A stretch of 62,403 bases of DNA, filler included, from Dugesia japonica (lineage: Eukaryota), in NCBI GenBank assembly GCA_001938525.1. It is 6 parts of 6 records of this genome, joined end to end, with 100 filler letters (N's around TTAATTAATTAA, not from the genome) between each part and the next. Parts side by side here need not be neighbours in the genome. Positions count along the whole stretch, not along the records: positions 28,051 to 41,880 come from MQRL01644965.1; positions 41,981 to 50,407 come from MQRL01614216.1; positions 50,508 to 62,403 come from MQRL01520323.1; 3 more parts are not named here. One strand, 5' to 3'. A program made the translations under genes and the position numbers. Under the pieces are notes generated by a model. The model was not told the origin of the DNA. It was given only the letters and a program-made list of their open reading frames with translations, and did not search any database. Positions 38,770-51,693 of the stretch are shown here, piece by piece. Position 1 is the first letter of the stretch; each line of letters starts with the position of its first letter.

Positions 38770-39000
38770 CGGCAATGGCTTCAATCATCTGACCGTTAAC
38801 CATTCTATTTCCTTTATTGATCCAATAACAAGCTCAGACATTCAAAATATTGAGAAGGCGTAGAAAACTGCAAAATACATGAACACACAGAAACATGATT
38901 GATACTTATGTGCTAATTTATGTAGAAAGAGACGGAAGAACAAATAGAACAGAAATATTTTACTGTAATACGTGATGTATCATAATACTGGCCACCACAA
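38770..39000 (+). mobile_element. Merlin (IS1016/ISXO2-like) transposase remnant
   Basis: GFNHLTVNHSISFIDPITSSDIQNIEKA*KTAK matches H.TVNHS..FVDP.TG.HTQ.IE..W..AK, followed by YWPP. Confidence 0.8.
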
Positions 39001-40102
39001 TGAAATAAATAAAAATATTACTTTATTAATTAAAAAATTTGGGGGTGAAATAATAAATTAATTTTTATGAACTTGCTTCCAATAAATCGAGCAATAAAAC
39101 AGAAGACGAAAATCTTTATTTGATTATTTTTACATTCGGTACTAGTAAAAAATCTTATAAAAAAACTGTTGTTTTTTGACGACGCATCGAATTTTACTCT
39201 CTCAACCCTTAAATGCATAGCGATCTAGATCTGCATCGTATGTTTAATACCTCATACCTCTTTATGTAGCAACCTTTGCATAGTTTTTTTAAATTTAGCA
39301 ACTATTTTATCGTTTCCAAACGCAATTAGAATCGTTAACGTTAAATTTTTTTTTCTCTATCTGAGTATAATTACACAAAAATAAAGTGTATTACATTTTT
39401 GTGTTAACCCTTAAATTCACGAATTTTTAAAAAAAAATTTTTTAAATAAAAAATGTTGGATTAATTTTAAAATCACTAGGTAAAATATTTTAAAACAGGG
39501 ATGTCCAACCTTTTAATTTAATGGGCCGCATTGAAAACTTTCATATTTAACTGGGCCGTAAAACTGAAAAAGAAATGAACCATTAATAGGTATACTGAGC
39601 AGTAGTTTACTGAAAATGTATTAATTTCAACAACAAAAATTTAAAAATCCATTAATATAATTAATTAATCTAATAATTAATCCAATAATGTTAATTTAGT
39701 TTTAACAAGNNNNNNNNNNNNNNNNNNNNNNNNNNNNNNNNNNNNNNNNNNNNNNNNNNNNNNNNNNNNNNNNNNNNNNNNNNNNNNNNNNNNNNNNNNN
39801 NNNNNNNNNNNNNNNNNNNNNNNNNNNNNNNNNNNNNNNNNNNNNNNNNNNNNNNNNNNNNNNNNNNNNNNNNNNNNNNNNNNNNNNNNNNNNNNNNNNN
39901 NNNNNNNNNNNNNNNNNNNNNNNNNNNNNNNNNNNNNNNNNNNNNNNNNNNNNNNNNNNNNNNNNNNNNNNNNNNNNNNNNNNAAAAAAAGAACAAGGGG
40001 CATTTTTAATCGCAAATAATGTATTTTAATCTATATATATATTCAAAAACATCTTTACAATACAAGACTGTAAAAAATATATTAAATGTAAAAATCTGAC
40101 AA

Positions 40103-41880
40103 TCAAGATCTCCATCTGAATAAAAAAAATTAAATNNNNNNNNNNNNNNNNNNAAGCCTACAGTTTCACAAGACCATCTTTACCACCAGATGCGACTGTC
40201 ATTCCGTCAGGACTCCAATCTAATGCATATACCGAATCAGCATGTCCCGGTAAAGCTTCTTGAAGATGACTTATTCTGACTTTTTTGCAATTTGGAGCAG
40301 TGATTTTCTTCTGGAAACTTTTATCTTCTTTCAATTGGTCAATTGGAACTAGAAGACCGCGAATTTGAGCCATTGACCACAATTTGATTGTCGAATCCTG
40401 ACTGCATGACACCAACAAACGACTGTCAGACGACCACGACACCAAGTTCACTTCTTGCACATGTCCATGAAGACTCACCAAGAATTTCCCGGTCATTCCG
40501 TCCCAGATCTTCACCGACCTATCGAAACTTGCACTGGCAAGCAACAATCCATCGGGTGAAAATCTGACATCATTAACAACATTCTGGTGTCCTGTCATTC
40601 TCGCACAAATCGCTTTATTCGATTCTTCCGGTTTCCAAAGAGAAATCGTATTGTCATCACTACACACCGCCATTCTCTCTGGAGCGTTCCGTCTGGCAGT
40701 ATTGTAAATCAATAATGCCCGCTTCTGTAATTCATCGGCTAATTCATCAATCAAATTTTGTTCTACTTTTACAACAACTCATTTTTATTACCATCAAGCT
40801 TTTCAATCAGTCCCTTCGTCGACTCATACATCGGATTAAACGCTCCGGTGCGTATTGCGTAATCCGTATTCAAACTAATACTATTGATCCAGTGACTGTG
40901 CATATTCATCGATCTGCACAGAACCCCATCATCCGCTCGCCAGATTTTAATTTCACAATCTTCTCCCCCGGTATAAATCAAATTCGAACCGCCCCATTTC
41001 ATACAACGCACAGGTTGCGTATGCCCCGATAGAGATAATTTCGGTAGCGATAAAACCGTATCCCAAATCGTTACGGTTTTATCGTCATATGCCGCAGCTA
41101 ACAATCTACAATTTCCATCTCTAAATCACGAAAAAGACAAAGACAATCTTAGAATTTAATTTCAATAAATAAAAAAAATCAATACAGATGCAACGGTTTC
41201 CATGCCAGACTTTTAACGAGTTTTTTACAGGTGGAATTTTTCTTAATTAACGTCGAACTCTTCTGACTCCATTTGTTATTGATCTTTGCCCAAGGAATAA
41301 TTTCTCCGGTTTGGCTGGAAGAAACGAGAACTCTTCCATTTGGACTCCAGGATAATAACAGAACGTTGGAGTTGTGACCTTCTTCCATACATGCTTCAGG
41401 AGTTTGAGTGTTTAAATCCCAAAATCTAACAGTACGATCTGCTGAACCAGTTGCTAAATATCTGAATATTTTGTTTAATTATCGACAATAATTAAGAATT
41501 TATTTGCATAAAAAATAAAGACAATACCTTCCATCGGGAGAAAATTGTGCTACAAGAACAGCTTTTTTATGTCCTGGCATTGAACTTGTACAACGTGTAA
41601 TTGGCTTAACACGAAATACCGATTGTGGATGATAAACTATTCTTAATACAGTTTCAATTCCACAATTATCAGAATTTTCTTGAGACTCTACCAATCCATA
41701 AAACGTTTTTAATTTTTCACAATTCATAATTGAATTTTCGATGGTAGTAATTATAGCATTACCACCAGAAAATTCGTTTTTCTCATCTTCTAGATTGTTA
41801 GTTATAAAGAATGAATATACAGATTGATCTGGCCCTTCGTTTTCGAGAATTTTATTAATAACATTGCTTAATGTTTTCAC
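40103..41880 (-). CDS. NLE1: Notchless homolog 1 (NLE domain + WD40; ribosome biogenesis Rsa4), 5'-partial
   Basis: Exons 41880-41528, 41461-41186, 41120-40792, 40762-40162 and 40115-40103 (GT-AG; the third junction is uncertain). Motifs IVYHPQSVFRVKPITRCTSSMPGH, NTDYAIRTGAF, ARMTGHQ, LPGHADSVYALDWSPDG, KLWRS*. Confidence 0.93.
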
Positions 41881-42756
41881 NNNNNNNNNNNNNNNNNNNN
41901 NNNNNNNNNNNNNNNNNNNNNNNNTTAATTAATTAANNNNNNNNNNNNNNNNNNNNNNNNNNNNNNNNNNNNNNNNNNNNAGGAGCATGTAAACGCAAAT
42001 ATAAATACTTGAAGTGTTTATCAAATAGCGTATTAAAGAGTCAGACTAATGCTAATAACAGATACAATAAGAATGGAAATCAAGTTATAAATCCCTCGCG
42101 CTTATTAAGTTAGACTCAGATTCAGAAGAAAGGGTTAAAAGTACTTTACACTAATGACTGCGTTATAAAATGAGAAAATAATTACAATATAAAACATTTG
42201 AAGCTTAATGAATATCGACATATATATATATATACACTAATACTGTTTTGCGAGAACTGGTGACGTCAATTCCATAAAATAATTATTGCTTCATTTTTAG
42301 TTATCTGACTGGACTTGAATACGAAAACACCTGTATGATTAATTTTTATCAATTTTCATAAATTTGTTTTTATTTTTAACATTTTATATAAGGGATTTTA
42401 ATTATTATTGTTTCGAATTTTAAAAAAAAACTATTAACATAAGGAAACTCTAAAGAATTAAAAAAAATAACATCATAATAAGATAGTTTTTTTAAAAACA
42501 GATTTAAATTTTTTTGTATTTTAAAAACGGAATCCATTAAAATCAAAAGTATATTTAAATTTGTATCATGAAAATAATTTATAAAATAAATTACTAAAAG
42601 TTAAAGATTTTTAAGAAGAATAAAATATAAAATAAATGAATGAAAAATGTTTATTTTAAGGTTTTTAAAATTAGATATTAATACAATTTAAGAATTAATT
42701 TTATGGAATTGAATTTTGATATTGATAATCCAATGAGTTCTCAAAACTCATCTAAC

Positions 42757-44510
42757 ATGGTGCAGCGGTAAACACCGATGCGATCACAGAGAGATTGTAG
42801 CCAAAAATATTTTGCAGAGGTGATGATCTAGAAAAGTTTATTAAACGGTGTGGAATATACTTTGAGGCAAAGAACATCGTTATTAAGAAAGATCAGGAAC
42901 GTTGGATAACATGTATGCTTTATGAAGATTTAATGGATTCATATGTGAAGACATTGAAAAAAGTGGATGGATATCGAGATAGATTGTGATTAGCTTTTGA
43001 AAGCAACAGAGACATAATAAAATATTTACATAATCTTGTAAACTATCAATGTGGTGATGAAGAACTTGAGGTGTTTTTTAAAAAAGTGGAAGATTTGGTC
43101 GATAGATTTTTAGCAATTGAAGAGCTGACGAAAAAAAAACTTTTATCAAAAATGCTAATAATTTGTGCAAATAGTAAAAAAAGAAGAAGAAGAGATTATC
43201 ATGCGAAAATTGGAGAAAGTAGAAATTATAAAAGAAACGTTATCATTAGTTTAAAAAATAGAAAGAAGAGAACCTATTAACGCAGTGAAGAGTTACGCTT
43301 GTGTAACACATGAAGAACGTTTCGGAGATAGGAGACAAAATATGGAGAGAGTTACAAAAAGAACAGAACCACAGTGTTAGACATGCCAGAGTTATTGGCA
43401 AACAAAATAGAGTGTCCAAAAAATTATCATGTGGAATGTTGGACTTTTCACAAAAAGGGCATTTAATTAGAAATTGTCCAGACAAGAAACCACCAAAATG
43501 TCTTGGGTGTGGAAAAATTGGTCATATCAGAAGGATGTGCACAGAAATTATATGTGGTAGATGTAAAAGACCGGGTCACAGACCGGAAGAATGTTATTCG
43601 AACATTAATAAACCTAGACTAGAAGAGAGAAGATGCAATTTTAAAAGCGGACAACAAATAAAAGATTGGAGTCGGACAAAACCAATTTATCCCGTTCGAA
43701 AAGAGGATAATAAAGAGAATGAAGAGATATTTTCTGGGAGCATAATAGAAAATGAAGGTCCAAGAAGAGAATACCCAAAGGTCAGGGCTCCATCAGTAGA
43801 GGAGTTGGTCGGAGCTATTCATTAAATGAGATACCATTTGAAAATCCTCAAGAAGCCGAGAAATGGGATGAGACGAGTAAAGTGAGAGAAATGTTTTACA
43901 GATTCATAAAAAGGGAAAGTTTCAATGATGCGGATGTTAACAAAGCAGAAGTGATAGGAATAATTGAAGAGAAACAGAATGTAGAAATGTCGTATGATAA
44001 GATGCAAATGAGACCTAGCATTTCATTGGTGATAAAGGACAAACATTTCGATTGTTTGTTGGATACAGGAGCAAGAATAAATGTGATGAGTATGAAGGGA
44101 TTTAATAGACTCCGAAAATTAGCTCAATAGACTTGGGAAATGCATACTACCAAGTGTAACTCAGTGAAGATTCTCAAGAAATGACGGTTTTTTCGATCAA
44201 ACAATGGCAATTTTGTTTTAAAAGAATGCCTTTTGGAATTGCAGCAGCACCAGGTACGTTCCAGGCAATGATGAATAAAGTAATTGGGGAAATAAAAGGA
44301 GCGATGGTTTATCTCGATGAAATTCTCTTATTTACCGAAACAAAGGAGCAACACTATGAAATAATCAATAGAGTATTAACAGAAATTAAGAAGACTTGTC
44401 TAAGAATTAATCCAGAGAAATGTCAATTNATGCCAAAAGAGATCAAATTTTTTGGGACACGTTATCAGTATAGAAGATATCAAAACAGATCCAACTAAAA
44501 TAGAAGCCAA
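42757..44510 (+). mobile_element. Ty3/gypsy gag-protease-RT remnant, internally deleted
   Basis: Three CCHC knuckles (one frameshifted; CLGCGKIGHIRRMC; CGRCKRPGHRPEEC), protease LLDTGA, and RT FKRMPFGIAAAPGTFQ...VYLDEILL. Confidence 0.92.
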
Positions 44511-44576
44511 AATGTTTTTGGCTTTTTAAGCGGTAATATTTTTTTCAAGTTTTTGTTTTTTTTCGGTGAGGTTGAA

Positions 44577-47500
44577 TGTGGTTAATTCATGTATGGTTTT
44601 AGGGGGTTTTGTCTGGAATTTCCACTGTGAGGTCGACATTTGGTTGGTTCAGGTGAATTTAGTTGAAAATGTTCTGAGTAATGTCAAATAAGAGTAATTT
44701 TTAAGCTATTTGGTGACTTATTTTCTCAGGCAAGGTAAATCTTTGGGTTATTGCGTTCAAGTTGTTCTCGGCATGATTAATTTGGGTAAAATAGGGTGAA
44801 ATCGGTCCAATCTTTACTCGTGAATGGCCAGTTTGGGTAACTTTTGTTCACTCTTAATTAATTATTTACTTAGAACTGTAAGTTTTAAGTAAAATCGAGT
44901 GATAATTTCCTCGTGCTTGTCAATTTGGGTTGAATTTTTATGAAAATCCATGTGAAAAATTGAATTTGTGTAAATTTTAAAGTTTTAAAGATAATTAAAA
45001 TTATTTTATAAGAATCCATGTAAACAGGTCATGTCACTTAAACAATATGAAAATTTTAATTTTTTTAAATCAATACAATCTAATCAATACAATTTAATAC
45101 AATCTACCAATTGTTCACTCAATCAAACGAAATAATTAAATCATTAAAAATAATTCACAAATTTTTCACCTTAATATAATAAAATCCTTTGAAAATATCT
45201 GTTCAATCCATCTAATCTGTATTATTCAAATATTAATCATACTTAGTATAATATTCACTATCTTAAGGTTTAAGTCATAATACACAACACTCACTATCAT
45301 AAAGTCATAACACACATAATACTCGTTATCATCCTTACCTATTGATTATTCAGTTAATGGTTGTATCTGCTCATCACTTAATCCATATAGTTAACTCTAT
45401 AATTCACACTAAATATATACTTTACAACCAACAATCGGTTAATTATTTACATATTTTAACCTTAATATAGAAAATTCCTTTGAAAATAGACCTTCTAATG
45501 TNNNNNNNNNNNNNNNNNNNNNNNNNNNNNNNNNNNNNNNNNNNNNNNNNNTTTAATACAATCTACCAATTGTTCACTCAATCAAACGAAATAATTAAAT
45601 CATTAAAAATAATTCACAAATTTTTTACCTTAATATAATAAAATCCTTTGAAAATATCTGTTCAATCCATCTAATCTGTAATATTCAAATATTAATCATA
45701 CTTAGTATAATATTTACTATCTTGAGGTTTAAGTCATAGTACACAACACTCACTATCATAAAGTCTTAACATACATAATACTCGTTATCATCCTTACCTA
45801 TTGATTATTCAGTTAATGGTTTTATCTGCTCATCGCTTAATCCATATAATTAACTCTAATTCACACTAAATATATACTTTACAGCCAACAATCGGTTAAT
45901 TATTTACATATTTTAACCTTAATATAGAAAATTCCTTTGAAAATAGACCTTCTAATGTTCCTTATTATTAATTATTCATGAACCTAATATTTACCTTTGA
46001 AATTGATTGATTTATTCATTTAAATATTTTAAAAATAATTAGTTAAATCTTTACAAAAGTTATATTCAATCAAAGTAAAATTTAGAACCAACATATAAAA
46101 ATTTATAAATTCAATTTTAAAATTGTAACATCCTTATTGAAAATAAAAATTATCCTTAATTGAATTTAATTTTAGAATTATCTTCATTTATTTTAGAATT
46201 TACTGAATGTGAAACCATAAATTATAAATAATTATAATAAGCATCTATTTATGAAAAAGCTTAAATTTTCCCTTCTTATTTAAAAAAGTCTAAAGTTCTA
46301 TTTTAAACTTTAAAGTAATGTATTCATACATAAAATTAATCCATCATACTTAATTTATTCAATCAATATTTTTTGCAATATTTTCAATAAATATAATTTT
46401 CAATCAAAATTATCTCAAAATTTTCAATACTTAATAAATTTGCTATTATAATTTTAATTTATCCATAAAAATTTTAAATTTATTTTCAAAGTTATCTTAA
46501 AAAATTTATTCAAAACATAATTTAATTTACACACAAAAGCAATTTTAATTAAATTACACATTGAAAATTACTCAATTCATCATACTTAATTTATGCAATC
46601 AATTATATGAATTATTTTCAATAAATGCTTAGAAATTATTTCAAAAAATCTTTATAAAAAATTCATATTATAAATTAAATTTAAATTAGATTTTTACGAT
46701 AAAATAGAACAATTTATTAAAAATACTGGAAATCTAATTAAATTTCAAAATTTCAAGTAAATTTTAGAACAGGCTAAATAATTAAAAATTAATTGAATAT
46801 TAGTTCACAGTGAGCAGACTTTTGATGTCTGAGAGTCAGTGTATAGTGCACAGAGTTTTAATAACTAAAGACTAATTAAGAGTAAAATTTCATCTAAAAT
46901 ACCATCACAAAATTGACCTTATCGAATAAGTTATCATCCTATTTTCATGTTCATCGGGGACTCGAAAACTAAGTATTTGTTTTTTTATAACTTTTTATCT
47001 AAACAGTTTTTTTGATTTTTAACCGTGTTATTCGTACTCACCGTGAAATTTTGTATTGAATAGTATCAATTTCAATAAAGTTTGAGTTACTTTTGATATT
47101 TTCTAAAAATGTTACCAAGTCCGGGAGGACAGCTCTATATATAATAGTTAGGAATTATTTTTCCCGAGACGATATTTTAACTTTGCAGTCACTTTTTCAT
47201 CTTGAATAAAATAACACCAAATTTGAATCGAAAGCTGTCATCTACAAACAAAGCTTTGAGTGCTAAAATTGGATTTTTGAGATATTTTGGCGACAAAATA
47301 TCATTTATTTAAACGAGGATTAACTTCGGCAATTTTAGGTTAACATATTTGAAATAACAAAACACTTCTTTATTGAATATACACTTTGTTGACTTATTTG
47401 AAGAAAAAATCCTTTCAAAAAATTTTGTTTAAAATACTGGGAAAACCATAAATGATCGCCGTAAAATTCAAAGTCAACTGATGCAAAAATATCTATATGT

Positions 47501-49052
47501 TGTAAAAATTGAAAAAGTATTTTTTCAATTTTAGAAGCTCAAAATTCTAACAAAAAATTTATTTATAAAAATTTTAATTTTCATATTATGTAAACGACAT
47601 GACATGTTTACATGGATTCTTATAAAAAAAATTTAATTATCTTTAAAACTTCAAAATTTAAACAAATTCGATTTTTCACATGAATTTCCATAAAAATTCA
47701 ACCCAAATTGACAAGCACGAGGAAATTATCACTCTGATTTATCTAAAACTTACCATTGTGAGTAAATAATTGACTAAGTCACCAAAAATTACCCAAACTG
47801 ACCATTCACGATTAACAATATGACTGATTTCCCCCTATTTTACCCAAATTGATCATGCCGACGAAATATTCAACCAAATCATACAAAAATTACCCAAAAC
47901 CGACTGATGTGATAAAGAACTCGACCAATATTGCCCAAACTGAGTAANNNNNNNNNNNNNNNNNNNNNNNNNNNNNNNNNNNNNNNNNNNNNNNNNNGGA
48001 CAGCTCTATATATAATAGTTAGGAATTATTTTTCCCGAGACGATATTTTAACTTTGCAGTCACTTTTTCATCTTGAATAAAATAACACCAAATTTGAATC
48101 GAAAGCTGTCATCTACAAACAAAGCTTTGAGTGCTAAAATTGGATTTTTGAGATATTTTGGCGACAAAATATCATTTATTTAAACGAGGATTAACTTCGG
48201 CAATTTTAGGTTAACATATTTGAAATAACAAAACACTTCTTTATTGAATATACACTTTGTTGACTTATTTGAAGAAAAAATCCTTTCAAAACATTTTGTT
48301 TAAAATACTGGGAAAACCATAAATGATCGCCGTAAAATTCTAAGTCAACTGATGCAAAAATATCTATATGTTGTAAAAATTGAAAAAGTATTTTTTCAAT
48401 TTTAGATGCTCAAGATTCTAACAAAAAATTTATTTATAAAAATTTTAATTTTCATATTATGTAAACGACATGACATGTTTACATGGATTCTTATAAAAAA
48501 AATTTAATTATCTTTAAAACTTCAAAATTTAAACAAATTCGATTTTTCACATGAATTTCCATAAAAATTCAACCCAAATTGACAAGCACGAGGAAATTAT
48601 CACTCTGATTTATCTAAAACTTACCATTGTGAGTAAATAATTGACTAAGTCACCAAAAATTACCCAAACTGACCATTCACGATTAACAATATGACTGATT
48701 TCCCCCTATTTTACCCAAATTGATCATGCCGACGAAATATTCAACCAAATCATACAAAAATTACCCAAAACCGACTGATGTGATAAAGAACTCGACCAAT
48801 ATTGCCCAAACTGAGTAAGATCATTCAAACTGACCAGCCCGAGAAAATAATTAACCAAATTCAACGAAAATATTGAAACTAAACTTTCCCGAGAAAATAA
48901 GTGACAAAAAAACTAAAAAATTACTATAATTCTACAACACTCAGAACACTTTCAAACAAATTCACCTGAACCAACCAAAAGTTGACCTCATTCGACCTCA
49001 CAGTGGAAATTCCAGACAAAACGCCCCTAAAATCATACATGAATTAACCACA
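44577..49052. mobile_element. Long-TIR (foldback-type) non-coding DNA element
   Basis: 44577-45060 is the reverse complement of ~48440-49052. Termini TGTGG...CCACA, with GAA on both flanks. Confidence 0.8.
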
Positions 49053-50859
49053 GAATAAACACAATGTCATTTTTAATTTCCCAAATAAATGCATTTGGAT
49101 TAAGTTTCATTACATCACTAATCGGGGGGGGGGTACATAATGTCTACAGAGGCTGTACGCTACTATCTCTCTACTTGTATCTGATTGATTTATTAAATAA
49201 TTTCATTCATTTATTTTATTTCATTTTGAAAATTCTGATTTATTCTATTTTTTATTATAAATTTATTTATAATTATTTTATTTGTTTTAATTAATTCATT
49301 TGACTTTGAGTAAAAGATGCAATAATATTATTTTTATTATTTCACAAACTATTTGTTTTAACGTTAAATTAAATGAGTAGAGTTGCACTTTTTGAACGAA
49401 GAAATAAATCATTTATAAACTTTTCAATTTTGTTAATAATTATTTTAAAACAAACTATTTAAAGACTGAATTAAAACTAAAATTTTGATTTTTTGTTAAA
49501 TTAAAATTATATTTTAAATTTTTTTGAATATATATTGGATAAATGTTTATTAAAAAAGCTTTNTGTAATATTTTAAAAACTCAAAAAACATTGGCAACTT
49601 TGTCATAATACAATCAAAATTAAATTACTGCTGTAACCGAGTTGCAGCAGTATTATCAGAGCTCTTCACGGATCCAAGCTATCAGAAAGTTAAAAATACG
49701 GATTTTCTTAAAGACTATCAATGGATGATTGTCAGAAATCTTTAGTCCAATACATGAGCTTACAATAAAAAGAAGAAATTGTTTAATATCATTGTTTAAA
49801 TTTATTAATATCGCATCGGAACTGACATCATTTAATCCAATTACTTAAGTGACTTTAAAATTTAATCTGTTTTTTAGGTAATAAATCAAGTCAAATCACA
49901 TGATGCATCTTTGAGTACGCGGTATTTCATGATAGCATCATCATTACATAATGAATACATAATCATTCATATATTACGTAATTGTCATTATTATATCAGA
50001 TGTTCGTTATAATTACGCAATATCTCGCAAATACCATAGCAATGATTATTGAATAACCATTATATTATATATTACGTAATCAATTTTAGAACTTCGTTGG
50101 AAAAGCTCATTTTAAAATTAACCAAATGATGAATTAATATTAAATATAAATAAAAATACAAATAAAACAATTTGTTTAAATATTTTATTTGAAATAAGGA
50201 TATTAATTTTAAAAAGATGTTTTAATGATAAAATCAGATTATTTTATTATAAACAATGGTTTATCATGATAATTTATTCCAAAAGATTCTATCAGTTTAC
50301 TTCTGAAATATATCCTTCTATTTGATATTTTGACAATTTTAATTTGTAAAAACAAAAAAGAGATCACAATAAAATAAAAGTGTTGATATTATAATTATTA
50401 TTATAATNNNNNNNNNNNNNNNNNNNNNNNNNNNNNNNNNNNNNNNNNNNNTTAATTAATTAANNNNNNNNNNNNNNNNNNNNNNNNNNNNNNNNNNNNN
50501 NNNNNNNATTTGATAATTTCATTTATTTCGTTAAATTGTTGAAAATACCCAAAAATTAAATTAATTATTTTTAAAACCTATCATAAATTTACGCATAATT
50601 TATTTCAGAAACTAATAGTAAGTTACCAAATAAACAGTTTAAAAAATGAAAAACCTTATTCTCACTATTTCTAAAAGAATTTTCAAAAACTATCAAATTA
50701 TTTGTGCGTTTTCTTCTGAAATTACATACATTGTCTATTGTTGATAACACTAGCTGTAAGCAATTCAAGTGCACTGAAACTTTTATCTCAATTATACCTC
50801 ACAGTGATACTTAGTTAATTAATATTTTTTTAATTATCTCCCTCTTTGTTTTGGCTATA

Positions 50860-50861
<2 letters not shown>

Positions 50862-50901
<40 letters not shown>

Positions 50902-50985
50902 NNNNNNNNNNNNNNNNNNNNNNNNNNNNNNNNNNNNNNNNNNNNNNNNNNTATTATTATTATTATTATTATTATTATAATAATA

Positions 50986-51024
<39 letters not shown>

Positions 51025-51050
51025 TATTATTATTACTATTATTATTATAA
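50862..51050. repeat. (ATT)n microsatellite
   Basis: Seen directly. Similar (AAT)n tracts lie at 19607-19643 and 28051-28100. Confidence 0.95.
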
Positions 51051-51693
51051 AAATAATAATATTAAAATTCCAAAAAAGTTAAAATAATTCCAACTAATTG
51101 AAACAATTTCATTAGTAGAATATGGAAATTAACCTTTAGCATCGCACAATTTATTGTGACATTTCAAATTGAAAAGCCACTACTGAATAGTTCAAATTTC
51201 AACTTGAAATGAAAAATGTTTCTCATAATGAAAAATTAATTTAAAAATGTTTCCAGTGATTTATAACGTTTTGAATATGTCAATTAGATGGATGTGGAAT
51301 TTATTTATTTTACAGTTTACATTTGGAATTGAATTGGAGAATTTGTTTGATTGTGTCTGTGTGTGTGTGTGTGATTTGAAAGATTAAACAAAATTAGAAA
51401 ATTTATCTGTTTTGAATTGTTGAATAGTTGATAAATTCATTATGCTGGAACATTAAAATCAGAAAAATTCTTCTAATTATGAAATAATCTTTTTTTAAAT
51501 TTTAAATTAAATCTTTTAAAACAAAAATCTCTAAAATTTGCAAAAGTCAATGTTTATTTGAATAGTTTTGAAAGAATAGTTTTAAAACATTACATAAAAA
51601 CTTAGATCGACCTGTTAGAATATTAATTTTTGTATTTCGAGATTAAGTCTCACACTTTTTATATGACTGCTTCAAAAATGTATAAAGTATGTA

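Noticed and set aside
40715-41032. 105-aa plus-strand ORF
   Set aside because: Antisense shadow of an NLE1 exon.
42265-42285. TGGTGACGTC as PBS of the gypsy remnant
   Set aside because: Only a short match, with no LTR-terminal CA immediately upstream.
47127-48818. Near-identical ~820-bp direct duplication (similar cases at 45092-45959, 23288-23661, 1316-1429 and 57408-57500)
   Set aside because: Each pair flanks a 50-N gap exactly, indicating unmerged contig overlaps or haplotypes rather than biological repeats.
50851-51087. Poly-L/I/Y ORF and other N-containing ORFs in the track
   Set aside because: These are microsatellite and gap read-through artefacts.
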